NCBI GenBank assembly: GCA_023246655.1
Contig: JAHFHX010000002.1
Location: 31,693-95,692 of the forward strand
DNA: 64,000 nucleotides
Source: Candidatus Magasanikiibacteriota bacterium
GTDB lineage: Bacteria; Patescibacteriota; Patescibacteriia; Magasanikbacterales; GWA2-37-8
Direction of reading: 5' to 3'
Positions 38,301-46,792 of the stretch are shown one piece after another. Below the pieces are notes generated by a model that searched no databases, was not told the DNA's origin, and worked only from the letters and a program-made list of their open reading frames with translations. Position 1 is the first letter of the stretch; the number at the start of each line of letters is the position of its first letter. Position numbers and translations under genes: made by a program.

Positions 38301-38558
38301 GGTGGGGAGTCCGAAGGCATCAAAACCAATTGGATACAAAACATTAAAACCTTCCATTCTTTTTTTGCGTGAAATTACATCCATGGCAGTGAAAGGACGC
38401 GGGTGGCCGACGTGCAAGCCGACGCCAGAGGGATATGGGAATTCGATGAGGGAATAAAATTTTTGCTTCTTGGTGTCTTCTTTGACCTCAAAGGTTTTAT
38501 TTTTCTCCCAATATTTTTGCCATTTTTTTTCAATTGATTTGGGGTCGTATTTTTTCAT
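35385..38558 (-). CDS. leuS: Leucyl-tRNA synthetase with intact CP1 editing motifs, an inserted alpha/beta-hydrolase domain and three repeat inserts.
   Basis: HVGHPRP (HIGH), KMSKS, TTRLDT and AHDERD (CP1). The ORF spans 1057 aa versus about 800-880 aa typical. Confidence 0.9.
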   Translation of the reverse strand: MKKYDPKSIEKKWQKYWEKNKTFEVKEDTKKQKFYSLIEFPYPSGVGLHVGHPRPFTAMDVISRKKRMEGFNVLYPIGFDAFGLPTENFAIKTGRPPAEVTAENIANFTRQLKALGYSFDWSRAVDTTDPTYYKWTQWIFLQLYKHGLAYKKNQPVNWCPKDKTGLANEEVVDGCCERCGTPVEKRDKEQWMLAITKYADKLLDGLKEVNYITPARVQQENWIGRSEGAVVRFTVIPSEARADEESLSQPIEVFTTRLDTIFSGTFLVIAPEHPLVKQLATPEQKKAVEKYVQETAQKTDIERTAEEKDKSGVFTGSYALNPATGDKMPIWIADFVLAQYGTGAVFADAHDERDFAMAKKYSLPLKVSIRPADDALWERVQKLEECFPSEGTLVNSGQFDGLTSAEAREKILPWLEQKGMARRQINFKLRDWVFSRQRYWGEPIPLVKCENCRKKKYNYILLHGFKGSSQGIFFPRLKEELEKQGHTVFAPDLPNPMQPNIEEQVKSVLEKTEINENTVIVATSLGGAVAMNLVEHLKKTIAKLVLVDCFIRPEFADRARPEVEQSFNWQFNFEKIKKNAKEIVLVVDKNFPVIPENQAREMMKAMHASAQFVEPVAQHFTNDGQEPEILKALEQTGWIPLPESELPLKLPKVEKYEPTDTGESPLSAMSDWVNTTCPRCGGPAKRETDTMPNWAGSSWYFLRYADPNNDKEFASMEKLRYWMDGNPVTPTTKEESLAHSPTDGQRSLVGASLARDDKRGGGVDWYNGGMEHTVLHLLYSRFWNQFLYDIGVVPTREPYKKRTSHGMILGPDGEKMSKSRGNVINPDEMIEQFGTDAFRAYIGFMGPFDQAVKWDTNGLVGVRRFLDRVWSLQERVIASEERAKQSPRQESKGEIAASPSAPRNDKITTLLHQTIKKVSDDIEAMHFNTAIAKLMELTNEMMKEEKISNIQYQILIQLLSPFAPHIAEELWELYGDKEILAYSPWPKFDPELAKESMITIVVQVNGKVREQLEVPADISEDEIKNQALASEKIQKWLDGKEPKKVIYVRGKLISIVV
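35843..35934. repeat. Family-A element, in frame in leuS (residues about 875-905).
   Basis: The peptide is ASEERAKQSPRQESKGEIAASPSAPRNDK. Confidence 0.75.
36287..36378. repeat. Family-B element, in frame in leuS (residues about 727-757).
   Basis: gtcatcccgagcgaggctcgcgccgacgagggatctctgtccgtcg...gagccagagattcctc. Confidence 0.7.
36675..37196 (-). other. YdeN/RBBP9-like serine-hydrolase (alpha/beta-hydrolase) domain inserted inside LeuRS, about residues 455-628.
   Basis: YILLHGFKGSS...LPNPMQP...ENTVIVATSLGGAVAM...FNFEKIKKNAKEIVLVVDKNFPVIP...HF, flanked by CENC (res 449-452) and CPRC (677-680). Confidence 0.6.
37812..37857. repeat. Partial family-B element, in frame in leuS (residues about 234-249).
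   Basis: gagacagggattcctcgtcggcgcgagcctcgctcggaatgacag. Confidence 0.6.
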
Positions 38559-38585
38559 AACACAGATTACGCTGATTAAATTGGA

Positions 38586-38969
38586 TTACGCAGATTTGTG
38601 ATAGTAAACTACGCGTTGGAATTCTAGACTTGGATTTCCGAAGTTGAGAATTAAACCAATTTCTAATTCCGATGCCTTTAAATAAGAGACGAGTTGAGCT
38701 TGAAATATTTTTGGCATTTTTCCTGAAATAGCTTTAATTTCTATGACTACTTTTTTATCAACAATGAGATCGACTCTAAAATCGCCAATTTTAATCTTTT
38801 TCCAGTATACTTTAAAAGGTTGTTCTGTTTCAACTTTATTACCAGCTTCTTCAAGGATTGCAATCATTCCCTTGTGATAAATAATTTCCTTAAAACCTGG
38901 ACCCAATTCCGTGTGCAGCTTCATTGCCAGACCAATAATTTGTCGAGTTAACGTCTCCTCCTTAAACAT
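38586..38969 (-). CDS. GxxExxY protein (PD-(D/E)XK-like).
   Basis: ELGPGFKEIIYHKGM matches GxxExxY. Confidence 0.7.
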   Translation of the reverse strand: MFKEETLTRQIIGLAMKLHTELGPGFKEIIYHKGMIAILEEAGNKVETEQPFKVYWKKIKIGDFRVDLIVDKKVVIEIKAISGKMPKIFQAQLVSYLKASELEIGLILNFGNPSLEFQRVVYYHKSA

Positions 38970-39060
38970 ACTACACTGATTACGCAGATTATTAAAGATT
39001 ACGCTGATTTTTTAGTCGTTGGAATCTGCGAAATCCACAAAAATCTGCATAATCTGTGTT

Positions 39061-39876
39061 TTATTTCAACAAATCTAAAAGTTTAGAATGTAATTCCGGA
39101 TTAGTAATAACGATATCGCGCCGACCACGTTTCCACGGGGCGCCATCACAGTTGGTTACCAAGGCTCCGGCTTCGGGTGCAATCGTGGCGATGGCAGCGT
39201 AATCATGATCAAAGCCGCAATTGCCAACATAAAAATCGGCTCCGCCACTCGCCACATAACAAGAACTTAACATGGTTCCAAAATTGTGCATCCAAACCGT
39301 GGTCTCATTGGTTAGATGATCCAAAAAGCGACGGTAACGACTCTCGTGCACGGTGTTAACACCGCGAACGCAAATGCCGAAGCCATGGTCGAGCGACGCT
39401 ACCTGATTAACGTGGATGGGCAGGCCGTTCAAAGTCGCGCCTTCACCTACTTTGGCAAAAAATAATTCATTCGCCAACGGATTGTAAATGGCGGCGGCGT
39501 AGGGTTCGGCGCGCTCATAGAGTGCCACCATGGTGCACCACATTCCGATACCAAAAGCAAAATTACGCGTGCCATCAATGGGGTCAATAATCCACTCGTA
39601 CTCCGCACCTTCCGTGCCTTCAGGTGGAGCCTCTTCACTGACAATGCGATGAAGCGGGAAACGTTCCTTTATTTTGTTAATCAAAAATGTATTAACGGCC
39701 ACGTCAGCCTCGGTAACTAAATCACCAAGATGGGCTTTACTTTTAAAGCTTACCCCTTTTAGAAAAAAATCTTTAGCGATGTTGCCGCCCTCAACAATAA
39801 TTTGTTGTAAAAATTCATGCATAGAGCCCTCTGCATTATAAGCGCCCTGTTGCCCTAAGAAAATCGTCCACAGCAA
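39061..39876 (-). CDS. Inositol-monophosphatase family protein.
   Basis: EWIIDPIDGTRNF motif. Confidence 0.85.
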   Translation of the reverse strand: MLWTIFLGQQGAYNAEGSMHEFLQQIIVEGGNIAKDFFLKGVSFKSKAHLGDLVTEADVAVNTFLINKIKERFPLHRIVSEEAPPEGTEGAEYEWIIDPIDGTRNFAFGIGMWCTMVALYERAEPYAAAIYNPLANELFFAKVGEGATLNGLPIHVNQVASLDHGFGICVRGVNTVHESRYRRFLDHLTNETTVWMHNFGTMLSSCYVASGGADFYVGNCGFDHDYAAIATIAPEAGALVTNCDGAPWKRGRRDIVITNPELHSKLLDLLK

Positions 39877-40081
39877 CTTGCGCTTGATCTAAAATTCCGC
39901 GAACCGTACCAGGCGCCAACTCACTATGGTCGGGGACAATTGTGGTCGCTATTCTCCCTGGGCTACTACAACGAATTTTAATATGACTGCCTTTTTGCGA
40001 AACAAAAAAGAAACCAAAATGTTTCTGGAGGATACGAATAATATCTTGGCCAGAAAAATTTGCCAAGCGTGTCATAGACAA
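39836..40081 (-). CDS. hicA: HicA-family toxin (mRNA interferase).
   Basis: SGQDIIRILQKHFGFFFVSQKGSHIKIR...TTIVPDHSELAPGTVRGIL. Confidence 0.65.
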   Translation of the reverse strand: MSMTRLANFSGQDIIRILQKHFGFFFVSQKGSHIKIRCSSPGRIATTIVPDHSELAPGTVRGILDQAQVAVDDFLRATGRL

Positions 40082-40300
40082 TTAGGCTGATTCCAAATCG
40101 AGGGTTTTGATGAGCGGATGCTCGGCAAACCGAGTTCGCTCTTCGGCTGGCACGTCTTCCAAATACAACTCCATTGCCTCGCGTAAATTACGTTCGGCAG
40201 CTTCCAGCGTTTCACCTTGTGAAGTTACGCCTAACTCGGCACAATGCGCCACAAACCATTTGCCGTCGCGTTGGAATGTGGTAGTAAATTTCATGGTCAT
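40082..40300 (-). CDS. hicB: HicB-family antitoxin.
   Basis: 72 aa. TTFQRDGKWFVAHCAELGVTSQGETLEAAERNLREAMELYLE (UPF0150 fold). Confidence 0.65.
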   Translation of the reverse strand: MTMKFTTTFQRDGKWFVAHCAELGVTSQGETLEAAERNLREAMELYLEDVPAEERTRFAEHPLIKTLDLESA

Positions 40301-40359
40301 ATGTTGGTAGTATAGCTATTTTATTGAAAAAAATCAAGCCTTTATAAAGAACGTTGAAA

Positions 40360-40460
40360 CCCCACCCTGCGTCCCTCCCCTTGTTGGGGAGGGGAATCGT
40401 CAGCCAACGGCCATTGACTCTCTCCCCTATGAGGGGAGAAACGTAGAGAGGGGTTTGGTC
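40360..40460. repeat. Family-C GC-rich double hairpin (intergenic).
   Basis: cCCTCCCCttgttGGGGAGGGg ... TCTCCCCtatgaGGGGAGA. Confidence 0.45.
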
Positions 40461-40470
40461 GTTCGCGCTA

Positions 40471-41499
40471 TCATCGCTGACATTTTGGACAATAATGCGT
40501 CCCCCGCCCTGCCGCCTTAATTTTCTTAATCACTATCCCACATTGCTTGCACGGCTGCCCGTCACGATCGTAAACTTTAAGGAAATCTGTGTAATTACCT
40601 TTTTTACCAGAGCTGTCAAGAAAATTTCGGAAGGTTGTGCCGCGATGTTTGAGGGCTTCCTGAAGAATTACAGGAATAGCGTGGAATAATTTTTTTTGCT
40701 CTTCTTTTGTCACGGAACCAACACGACGATTGGGACGAACGCCAGCCCGAAAGCAGGCTTCATCAACATAGATGTTGCCTAAGCCCGCGATGAGTTCTTG
40801 ATTGAGGAGCAATGCTTTGAGATTAGTATTTTTTCTTTTTTTGAAGAGGGAGGAGAAATAGTCAAAACTAAATTCCTGGGAACGAGCCCTCACCCTGCGT
40901 CCCTCTCCCGCAGGGCGAGGAAGCGAAATGGGTTCAGGGCCATATTTTTTAAGCACTCTTTCAACTTCAGTTTGAGAAGCTAATTTCATATACCCAAACA
41001 GGCGGAGGTCATTAAAAAATAACTCTCCCCCATCGGCAAACACAAAAACAATTCTGGTCCACTGATTTGGCAAACATTCAATATCTTTTTCCGAAAGTTT
41101 ATGGCCGCCCGCGACTATCTCGATTTCATTTTTTATTTTCTTCTCATAAATAAGCTGGCCGGTCATTTTGAGGTGGACGAGCAAAGCGCCGACTTTTTTG
41201 TCATTTCGAATCCCCCGTCGCAGGGGGTGAGAAATCTCTGGCTCACCGACGACGGACAGAGATTCCTCGTCGCCGCGAGTCTCGCTCGGAATGATAATTG
41301 AACGCTTGAGATACCAAATCATCAGTTTGCCACGGCGCTCAATTTTAGTAATAGCGTTACCGGTGAGTGCGTGAACAAATTTTGTACTCATGCCGCCGAC
41401 ACTCTTTTTATTACGTACCTCAACGTGAACAATTTTCTTGTTCAAGATCTTTTTTTCTAAATCGCGGCGGATGGTTTCAACTTCGGGGAGCTCGGGCAT
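40471..41499 (-). CDS. mutM: Formamidopyrimidine-DNA glycosylase MutM/Fpg with in-frame family-B and family-C inserts.
   Basis: True N-terminus is MPELPEVETIRRDL. C-terminal zinc finger CKQCG...CPKCQ. Confidence 0.85.
   Translation of the reverse strand: MPELPEVETIRRDLEKKILNKKIVHVEVRNKKSVGGMSTKFVHALTGNAITKIERRGKLMIWYLKRSIIIPSETRGDEESLSVVGEPEISHPLRRGIRNDKKVGALLVHLKMTGQLIYEKKIKNEIEIVAGGHKLSEKDIECLPNQWTRIVFVFADGGELFFNDLRLFGYMKLASQTEVERVLKKYGPEPISLPRPAGEGRRVRARSQEFSFDYFSSLFKKRKNTNLKALLLNQELIAGLGNIYVDEACFRAGVRPNRRVGSVTKEEQKKLFHAIPVILQEALKHRGTTFRNFLDSSGKKGNYTDFLKVYDRDGQPCKQCGIVIKKIKAAGRGTHYCPKCQR
41199..41297. repeat. Family-B element, in frame in fpg.
   Basis: gtcatttcgaatcccccgtcgcagggggtgagaaatctctggctcaccgacgacggacagagattcctc...ctcgctcggaatga. 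Confidence 0.7.
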
Positions 41500-41661
41500 A
41501 GAAGTACAGTTAGTGGTGAGATTAATTCCATTGCAATGTACGAAATTACGAACTTTACGAAAATACGAAAACAATTTTATTTTATCTCAACTTACTGCTT
41601 TAAACAAGATAAGACGCCCTTTGAGGGCGTCTGCTGTTTACTCTTATCTATTTTCTGTTTA

Positions 41662-41982
41662 TTAAATATTCTTCTCCATCATCGCCTTTAATTTCTCTTT
41701 CTGTGTGCCGCCAATAAATTGATCGACCATTTGTCCGCCTTTAAAGATAAGGAAGGTTGGAATACTCATCACATTAAATTGTCCGGCGGTATTTGGGTTC
41801 TCATCTACATTGAGTTTGCCAATTTTAATATTTTTGCCAGCCATTTCTTTAGCCAGTTCCTCTACAATTGGCCCCATCATGCGGCACGGGCCGCACCAGG
41901 GTGCCCAGAAATCGACGAATACAGGTTTGTCAGACTTTAATACTTCTTGGTCAAAATTTTGGTCGGTTAAAATTAGCTCCAT
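41662..41982 (-). CDS. trxA: Thioredoxin.
   Basis: [14 protein letters not shown]...[12 protein letters not shown]. Confidence 0.9.
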   Translation of the reverse strand: MELILTDQNFDQEVLKSDKPVFVDFWAPWCGPCRMMGPIVEELAKEMAGKNIKIGKLNVDENPNTAGQFNVMSIPTFLIFKGGQMVDQFIGGTQKEKLKAMMEKNI

Positions 41983-42081
41983 ATGTTTAATTTTAGGATT
42001 ACACGAATGGGCCTTGAGGCCCCACGAATAACACGGATACAATTGTATTCGCACGATTCGTGGCGCCGCAGCGCATTCGTG

Positions 42082-44103
42082 TTATCCCAATATCAACTTC
42101 TTCTCTTTTGTTTCTTCCTTATACGCCTCGAGTACATCACCAACTTCTAATTTTAACTTGCCCTCAAATTGTAATCCACATTCGCTGCCGCCTGGCACTT
42201 CATTCATAGTTTGTTTGCCAATTTGGAGCTGGCTGATTTTACCGCGACCAATGAGCTCATTCCCGCGTTTTACCCGCACCAAAATATTTTTGTAGAGTTT
42301 ACCAGATTCCACGCGGCCACCCACTACCATAAGATTTTTTTCGGTTCGGAAAATAGCAACCAATTTAAAGTTACCAAGTTCAGTTGTTATTACCTCGGGC
42401 ACTAAGAGCTTTTCCATCTCGGCCTTTACCATATCCAGGAGGTTGTAAATGATGTGATATTGTTCAAAATGGGTATGAGCGGTTTGGATCATCTCCTGAG
42501 ATACCGGAGTAGTAGACACATTAAAACCTACCAAAATAGCATTCGCCGTTTGCGCTAGGGAGACATCGTCTGCCGATATATTGCCAAGACCTTTGCCAAC
42601 AACTTTGACACCAACTTCTTCATGCTTAAGATTGGCCAACGAACCCAAAATTGCCTCCAGCGAACCAAGCGCATCGGCTTTAATGAGGAGATTCAACCAT
42701 TTCTTCTTTTCTTCGCCCTCAGTGGTTTCGGCTGGTACGGACACTGTGGATTTTTCGGCACCGGTCTGCTCGGAACGTTTACTGCGGACATCAACTTTTC
42801 CGGCCGATTCGGCTTTACCAACATCAAGCACATCACCAACCCGGGGGGCAATTTTAAAACCAAGAATACGAGCCGGGCAGCTTGGTGGTGCTTCGGCAAT
42901 TGATTCACCGCGATGGTTTTTAAGCGCCTTCACTTTGCCATAAATTTCCCCGTTGATGACCAACGGATCGTTCGTATGAAGAGTCCCTGTTTGCACTAAA
43001 ATAGTGGCAACTGGTCCGGCTGCTTTATCCACATGTGCTTCAATTACGGTGCCCGCGGCTGCTCGATTGGGGTTGGCTTTAATGCTTTCCCCCCGCACTT
43101 CGGCCACCACCAGCAAGGTGTCGAGTAGCTTATCAATATTTTTATTTTCTTTCGCGGAAATTTCTACCACCGGCACATCCCCGCCCCAATCTTCGGAAAT
43201 AATATCGTGCTGTCCCAAGTCGCTCCTCACACGCTGCACATCAGCGCCGGGTTTATCAATTTTGTTAATAGCAACAACAAACGGAAGCTTAGCAGCTTTA
43301 ATAATATTTATCGCTTCCACTGTCTGGGGCTTCACACTGTCATCAGCTGCAACAACCAGAATGGCAATATCCGCCACTTTGGCACCGCGACTACGCATAA
43401 CGGTAAAGGCTTCGTGGCCTGGTGTATCAATAAATGTTAATGGACTATTGGCTTTTGTTTTTGGATTTTTCCAAATTACTTGATAGGCACCAATGTGCTG
43501 AGTAATGCCACCGGCTTCACCTTCCATAACGTTGGTGTGGCGAATGGCGTCGAGCAATCGCGTTTTGCCATGATCAACATGGCCCATTACTACAATCACA
43601 GGCGGCCGTGCCGATCCACCTTCGGCCGCAAGCGCGGTGGCCAAATCCTGCACGTGTGATGTTGTTTCCACACTCTCCCCACTTGCTTTTTCTTCCTCCA
43701 CTCCAAAACCTAATTCCTCAGCAATAAGCATGGCGGTGTCATGATCAATATTTTCATTCTGCGCTGCCAAAATACCATTTTTCATTAGTTCCACAATCAG
43801 TTTGTTGATCGGAATTTGCAATCGATCGGCCAGCTCGCGTACCGTCAATACCGCGGGAATCATTACTTTGGCACCACTGGCCTTACGCGCTTCTTTTTCT
43901 AGTTCTCGCTGTTTAACTTTTTCGGTTTGCTCGCGCTGCTCGAGCACAAATTTAATGCGGCGCCAATCTTTTTGGATTTGTTGCCCTACCCGATCATCAA
44001 TTTTTACTGCCTTTGCGCCAATATCAAAACCAAACTCAGGCAAAATTTGCAAAAGCTTTACAGGATGGATGCGGAGTTGGCGAGCGAGTTCGGAGACATT
44101 CAT
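42082..44103 (-). CDS. infB: Translation initiation factor IF-2.
   Basis: True start is MNVSELARQL. G-domain VVMGHVDHGKTRLLD, DTPGHEAF, NKID. Confidence 0.9.
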   Translation of the reverse strand: MNVSELARQLRIHPVKLLQILPEFGFDIGAKAVKIDDRVGQQIQKDWRRIKFVLEQREQTEKVKQRELEKEARKASGAKVMIPAVLTVRELADRLQIPINKLIVELMKNGILAAQNENIDHDTAMLIAEELGFGVEEEKASGESVETTSHVQDLATALAAEGGSARPPVIVVMGHVDHGKTRLLDAIRHTNVMEGEAGGITQHIGAYQVIWKNPKTKANSPLTFIDTPGHEAFTVMRSRGAKVADIAILVVAADDSVKPQTVEAINIIKAAKLPFVVAINKIDKPGADVQRVRSDLGQHDIISEDWGGDVPVVEISAKENKNIDKLLDTLLVVAEVRGESIKANPNRAAAGTVIEAHVDKAAGPVATILVQTGTLHTNDPLVINGEIYGKVKALKNHRGESIAEAPPSCPARILGFKIAPRVGDVLDVGKAESAGKVDVRSKRSEQTGAEKSTVSVPAETTEGEEKKKWLNLLIKADALGSLEAILGSLANLKHEEVGVKVVGKGLGNISADDVSLAQTANAILVGFNVSTTPVSQEMIQTAHTHFEQYHIIYNLLDMVKAEMEKLLVPEVITTELGNFKLVAIFRTEKNLMVVGGRVESGKLYKNILVRVKRGNELIGRGKISQLQIGKQTMNEVPGGSECGLQFEGKLKLEVGDVLEAYKEETKEKKLILG

Positions 44104-44235
44104 AAATATAAACAAAATCCAGATATACGGATGCATCCGGATTGCGGATATACGGATATAGTGTTTATCCGGATCGTGATTGGTATCCGTAGATCTGGAT
44201 AGATCTGTAGATCCGGATTTGATTTCATTAGTATA
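44104..44235 (-). promoter_or_regulatory. Highly palindromic infB leader built from TACGGAT / ATCCGGA / AGATCT words.
   Basis: cggatgcatccg, atccggat and agatct palindromes lie within about 130 nt. Confidence 0.4.
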
Positions 44236-44272
44236 CAAGAAAAAATTAAATTGGTCAATTATTGATTTTTTG

Positions 44273-44301
44273 ATTGACAAAACCTGTTGTATCTGCTAAA
44301 C
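44273..44301 (+). promoter_or_regulatory. Sigma70-like promoter TTGACA-N17-TAAACT at the start of a GC-rich islet.
   Basis: TTGACAaaacctgttgtatctgcTAAACT, then AAGGAGAcccaaATG. Confidence 0.5.
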
Positions 44302-44346
44302 TCCGGCTATCTTCCTGGTGGAAGAAAAGAGACAAGGAGACCCAAA

Positions 44347-44717
44347 TGAGCCGTTTCGCCAAGTTTCTCAGCCTTCTCTTCCGCGCCTTTCTCGCCCTCT
44401 TCTTGAAGGCAAAAGAAAGGCCGGTCCTCATCATCGGGTCGCGGTGCTGGCGCATGCACCCCCGGTGTTTCGGGATGCGCTTCCTCGCGCCGCTGTGCCG
44501 CAGCACCGCGGCTGGGCTCGCCGGCTACAGCGTGCAGGAGCAAGATCTGCCGGCGGGGGCAACGCAGCAACCCATCTTCAGCCTGGCTGGGTTCGCCTGG
44601 CAGGGAGACATCAGCGCTGTGCGGACTGTACTCCCGCACCTGCCGGAACAAATCCAGCACGACCTCGCCAAGCTCATGATGCAGCGGCTCGCCGTCGAGG
44701 CCTCGCCGATGCAGTAG
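44347..44717 (+). CDS. Hypothetical protein in a about 65% GC islet.
   Basis: SD plus ATG. 123 aa, MSRFAKFLSLLFRAFLALFLKAKERPVLIIG... Confidence 0.35.
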
Positions 44718-45013
44718 GCCCCGATTCGTGGGGCAACGCAGACAACCGCACCTACGCGGCTCGTCTCGGACTATGTCCTTGATGGCGAGCCGCTTCCCAA
44801 ATTCCGTACAACGGATTTTTTTGTTTTTAAGACCCACCTAATCTAAGAGGGTTTATCCACACTGGACAAAATCACAGAAATGATGTAGGGTGATGGGTGG
44901 TTCTTTTTTGTTTGTTAAAACAAACCCGAGCGACTATTGTGCTGAGAAACCTATTTATCAGCAGACTGGTCGCCCGGTTTTTGTGGGGCGATACTTGAAC
45001 GGAGGTCTAAGCG

Positions 45014-45208
45014 ATGCGAAACCCCCAGGCGGGCCCCAAAGGGCCCAACAACAGCAACCTCCAGCAACAGGGCGGCAAACGGCGGTTCGAACCGCCGCCC
45101 CGGGACATCTCGGCGCCCGCTCAGCGCCGCTTCGGCAACGGCGACGCCGGCCACCAGGCCTGGCGGACGACCGTTCGGCGGGCCGGCAGCCCGCAGAAGG
45201 GGGGCTAG
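45014..45208 (+). CDS. Hypothetical small Arg/Gly-rich protein (GC-rich islet).
   Basis: GGAGGtctaagcgATG. 64 aa. Confidence 0.3.
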   Translation: MRNPQAGPKGPNNSNLQQQGGKRRFEPPPRDISAPAQRRFGNGDAGHQAWRTTVRRAGSPQKGG

Positions 45209-45211
45209 GAC

Positions 45212-45346
45212 CATGGACGCAGAAGAACGACCGAAGAGCTGCTGCCCGACGGACGAGGAGCTCATGGCGCTGATGCCTGCGCTCCTGCTCCAGCGAAAGC
45301 TGGACCTCACCCTCAAGAGCGTTCGGCTCCCGCCGCCCGCCCGCTG
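45212..45346 (+). CDS. Hypothetical 44-aa ORF (GC-rich islet).
   Basis: AAGGGGGGctaggaccATGG. MDAEERPKSCCPTDEELMALMPALLLQRKLDLTLKSVRLPPPAR. Confidence 0.25.
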
Positions 45347-45642
45347 AACGCGGCCCGGCCAACCTGCTGCAACTCCCCGCCCCCCCCCCGCGATCGCGCC
45401 CACTACAACGATCTCGCCTGGCCGAAGTGACCGCTGCACGCGTGTCCACGGCCAGGCCACCCAATTCAGGCTTAGGTCTGTTTTTTTATTTCAATCCCAG
45501 CATTCAATTGTTATATTATCTCCGTATTGATACAGTATATTTCATAGCGATCTCACACAACAACAAATGTTGTACTAATCATAAGTGAGACAGAGATTCC
45601 TTGCTATGGCTAGGAATGATAATTAAATGCAGCCAATAATAT

Positions 45643-46317
45643 ATGTTCTTGTTCATAAATAAACCTACCGGTTGGACTAGTTTTGATGTAGTGGCGTATA
45701 TACGAAAGAGGGAAGTGGCGAAAATGCGACAACAAGGTGTGGAACGAGCAAAAATTCGCGTTGGCCATGCTGGAACCTTGGACCCGTTTGCTACCGGGCT
45801 CCTCATTATTGGGGTGGGGCGTGATACTACAAAACGACTGGACGAATTTAAAAAACTGCCAAAGACGTACGTGGCGACCATTCACCTGGGTGCGGTGAGT
45901 GATACGTATGACAAGACTGGAACCATACATGATATATACACATTGTATCGTGATAAACCACCATCGGAGCAACTGGTTTTAGAAATACTTCAAACATTTA
46001 AAGGTAAGCAAAGGCAAATCCCTCCAATGTATTCTGCTAAAAAAATAAATGGGCAACGGCTGTATACGCTGGCCCGGCAAGGGATAGAAATTGAACGTAA
46101 TCCGGTAGCTATTGAAATATATACTATAAAACTGGTAGAATATACATGGCCTTTTTTAAAAATTGAAGTGCAATGCTCAACAGGAACCTACATCCGGAGC
46201 CTCGCGCATGATATTGGACAAAAGTTAGGGGTGGGAGCATATTGCGAGGAATTAACACGTACAAAAATTGGCGAGTACGTTTTAAAGGATGCCGCAATAC
46301 TTAAAAAATTAATTTAA
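45643..46317 (+). CDS. truB: tRNA pseudouridine(55) synthase TruB.
   Basis: INKPTGWTSFDVV...VGHAGTLDPFATGLLIIGVG. Confidence 0.9.
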   Translation: MFLFINKPTGWTSFDVVAYIRKREVAKMRQQGVERAKIRVGHAGTLDPFATGLLIIGVGRDTTKRLDEFKKLPKTYVATIHLGAVSDTYDKTGTIHDIYTLYRDKPPSEQLVLEILQTFKGKQRQIPPMYSAKKINGQRLYTLARQGIEIERNPVAIEIYTIKLVEYTWPFLKIEVQCSTGTYIRSLAHDIGQKLGVGAYCEELTRTKIGEYVLKDAAILKKLI

Positions 46318-46327
46318 ATAAATCTCT

Positions 46328-46792
46328 ATGCCAAGAATATCACCGTCTGAAAGACAGGCTGTTGATCCACAATGGATAATAAATCAAATTCAAGAAAAAG
46401 AAAAAAGGGAAAGAGAAGAAGCTGAACGCGATAATGAGCGACCACGTAAGTATATCTATGATGATGAACCACCTGCACCCCCTACTCCAGGGCCTGGGGA
46501 GACTTATGATGAACCGGCAGAATCTGATGATTCCACTGATCCTACTCTTCCTTCCGGAAAACGACGTCGGCCTGATCGGAAAAAGCCCGAAGAACCTGGA
46601 GGAAGTGGGGTTACTATTATTGAACGCCCTGACAGCCCTTCTGATGAAGATGCATTGCCCCCAACCGAGCCAGAACAACCGTTTGTTATTAAAATAGGAC
46701 CCCAGGTAGAAGATGGTGTGGTATCTGAAGATACGGGATTTGACAACGGCATAATATCTGATGGTAATGTAAAAATAATAGATGATAAATAA
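46328..46792 (+). CDS. Acidic, Pro/Glu-rich low-complexity protein.
   Basis: 154 aa and probably disordered. Confidence 0.4.
   Translation: MPRISPSERQAVDPQWIINQIQEKEKREREEAERDNERPRKYIYDDEPPAPPTPGPGETYDEPAESDDSTDPTLPSGKRRRPDRKKPEEPGGSGVTIIERPDSPSDEDALPPTEPEQPFVIKIGPQVEDGVVSEDTGFDNGIISDGNVKIIDDK

Noticed and set aside
41500-41574. An N-terminal extension of fpg (MFSYFRKVRNFVHCNGINLTTNCTS) and similar extensions on trxA, infB and the methyltransferase.
   Set aside because: The true starts are set by conserved N-termini (MPELPEVE, MELILTD, MNVSELARQL). The extensions cover the structured leaders or repeat arms.
44307-45464. Long overlapping ORFs in all frames (44307-44837, 44318-44782, 44951-45460, 44958-45464).
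   Set aside because: They are GC-rich-sequence artefacts. Only the ORFs preceded by an SD plus ATG were kept, at low confidence.
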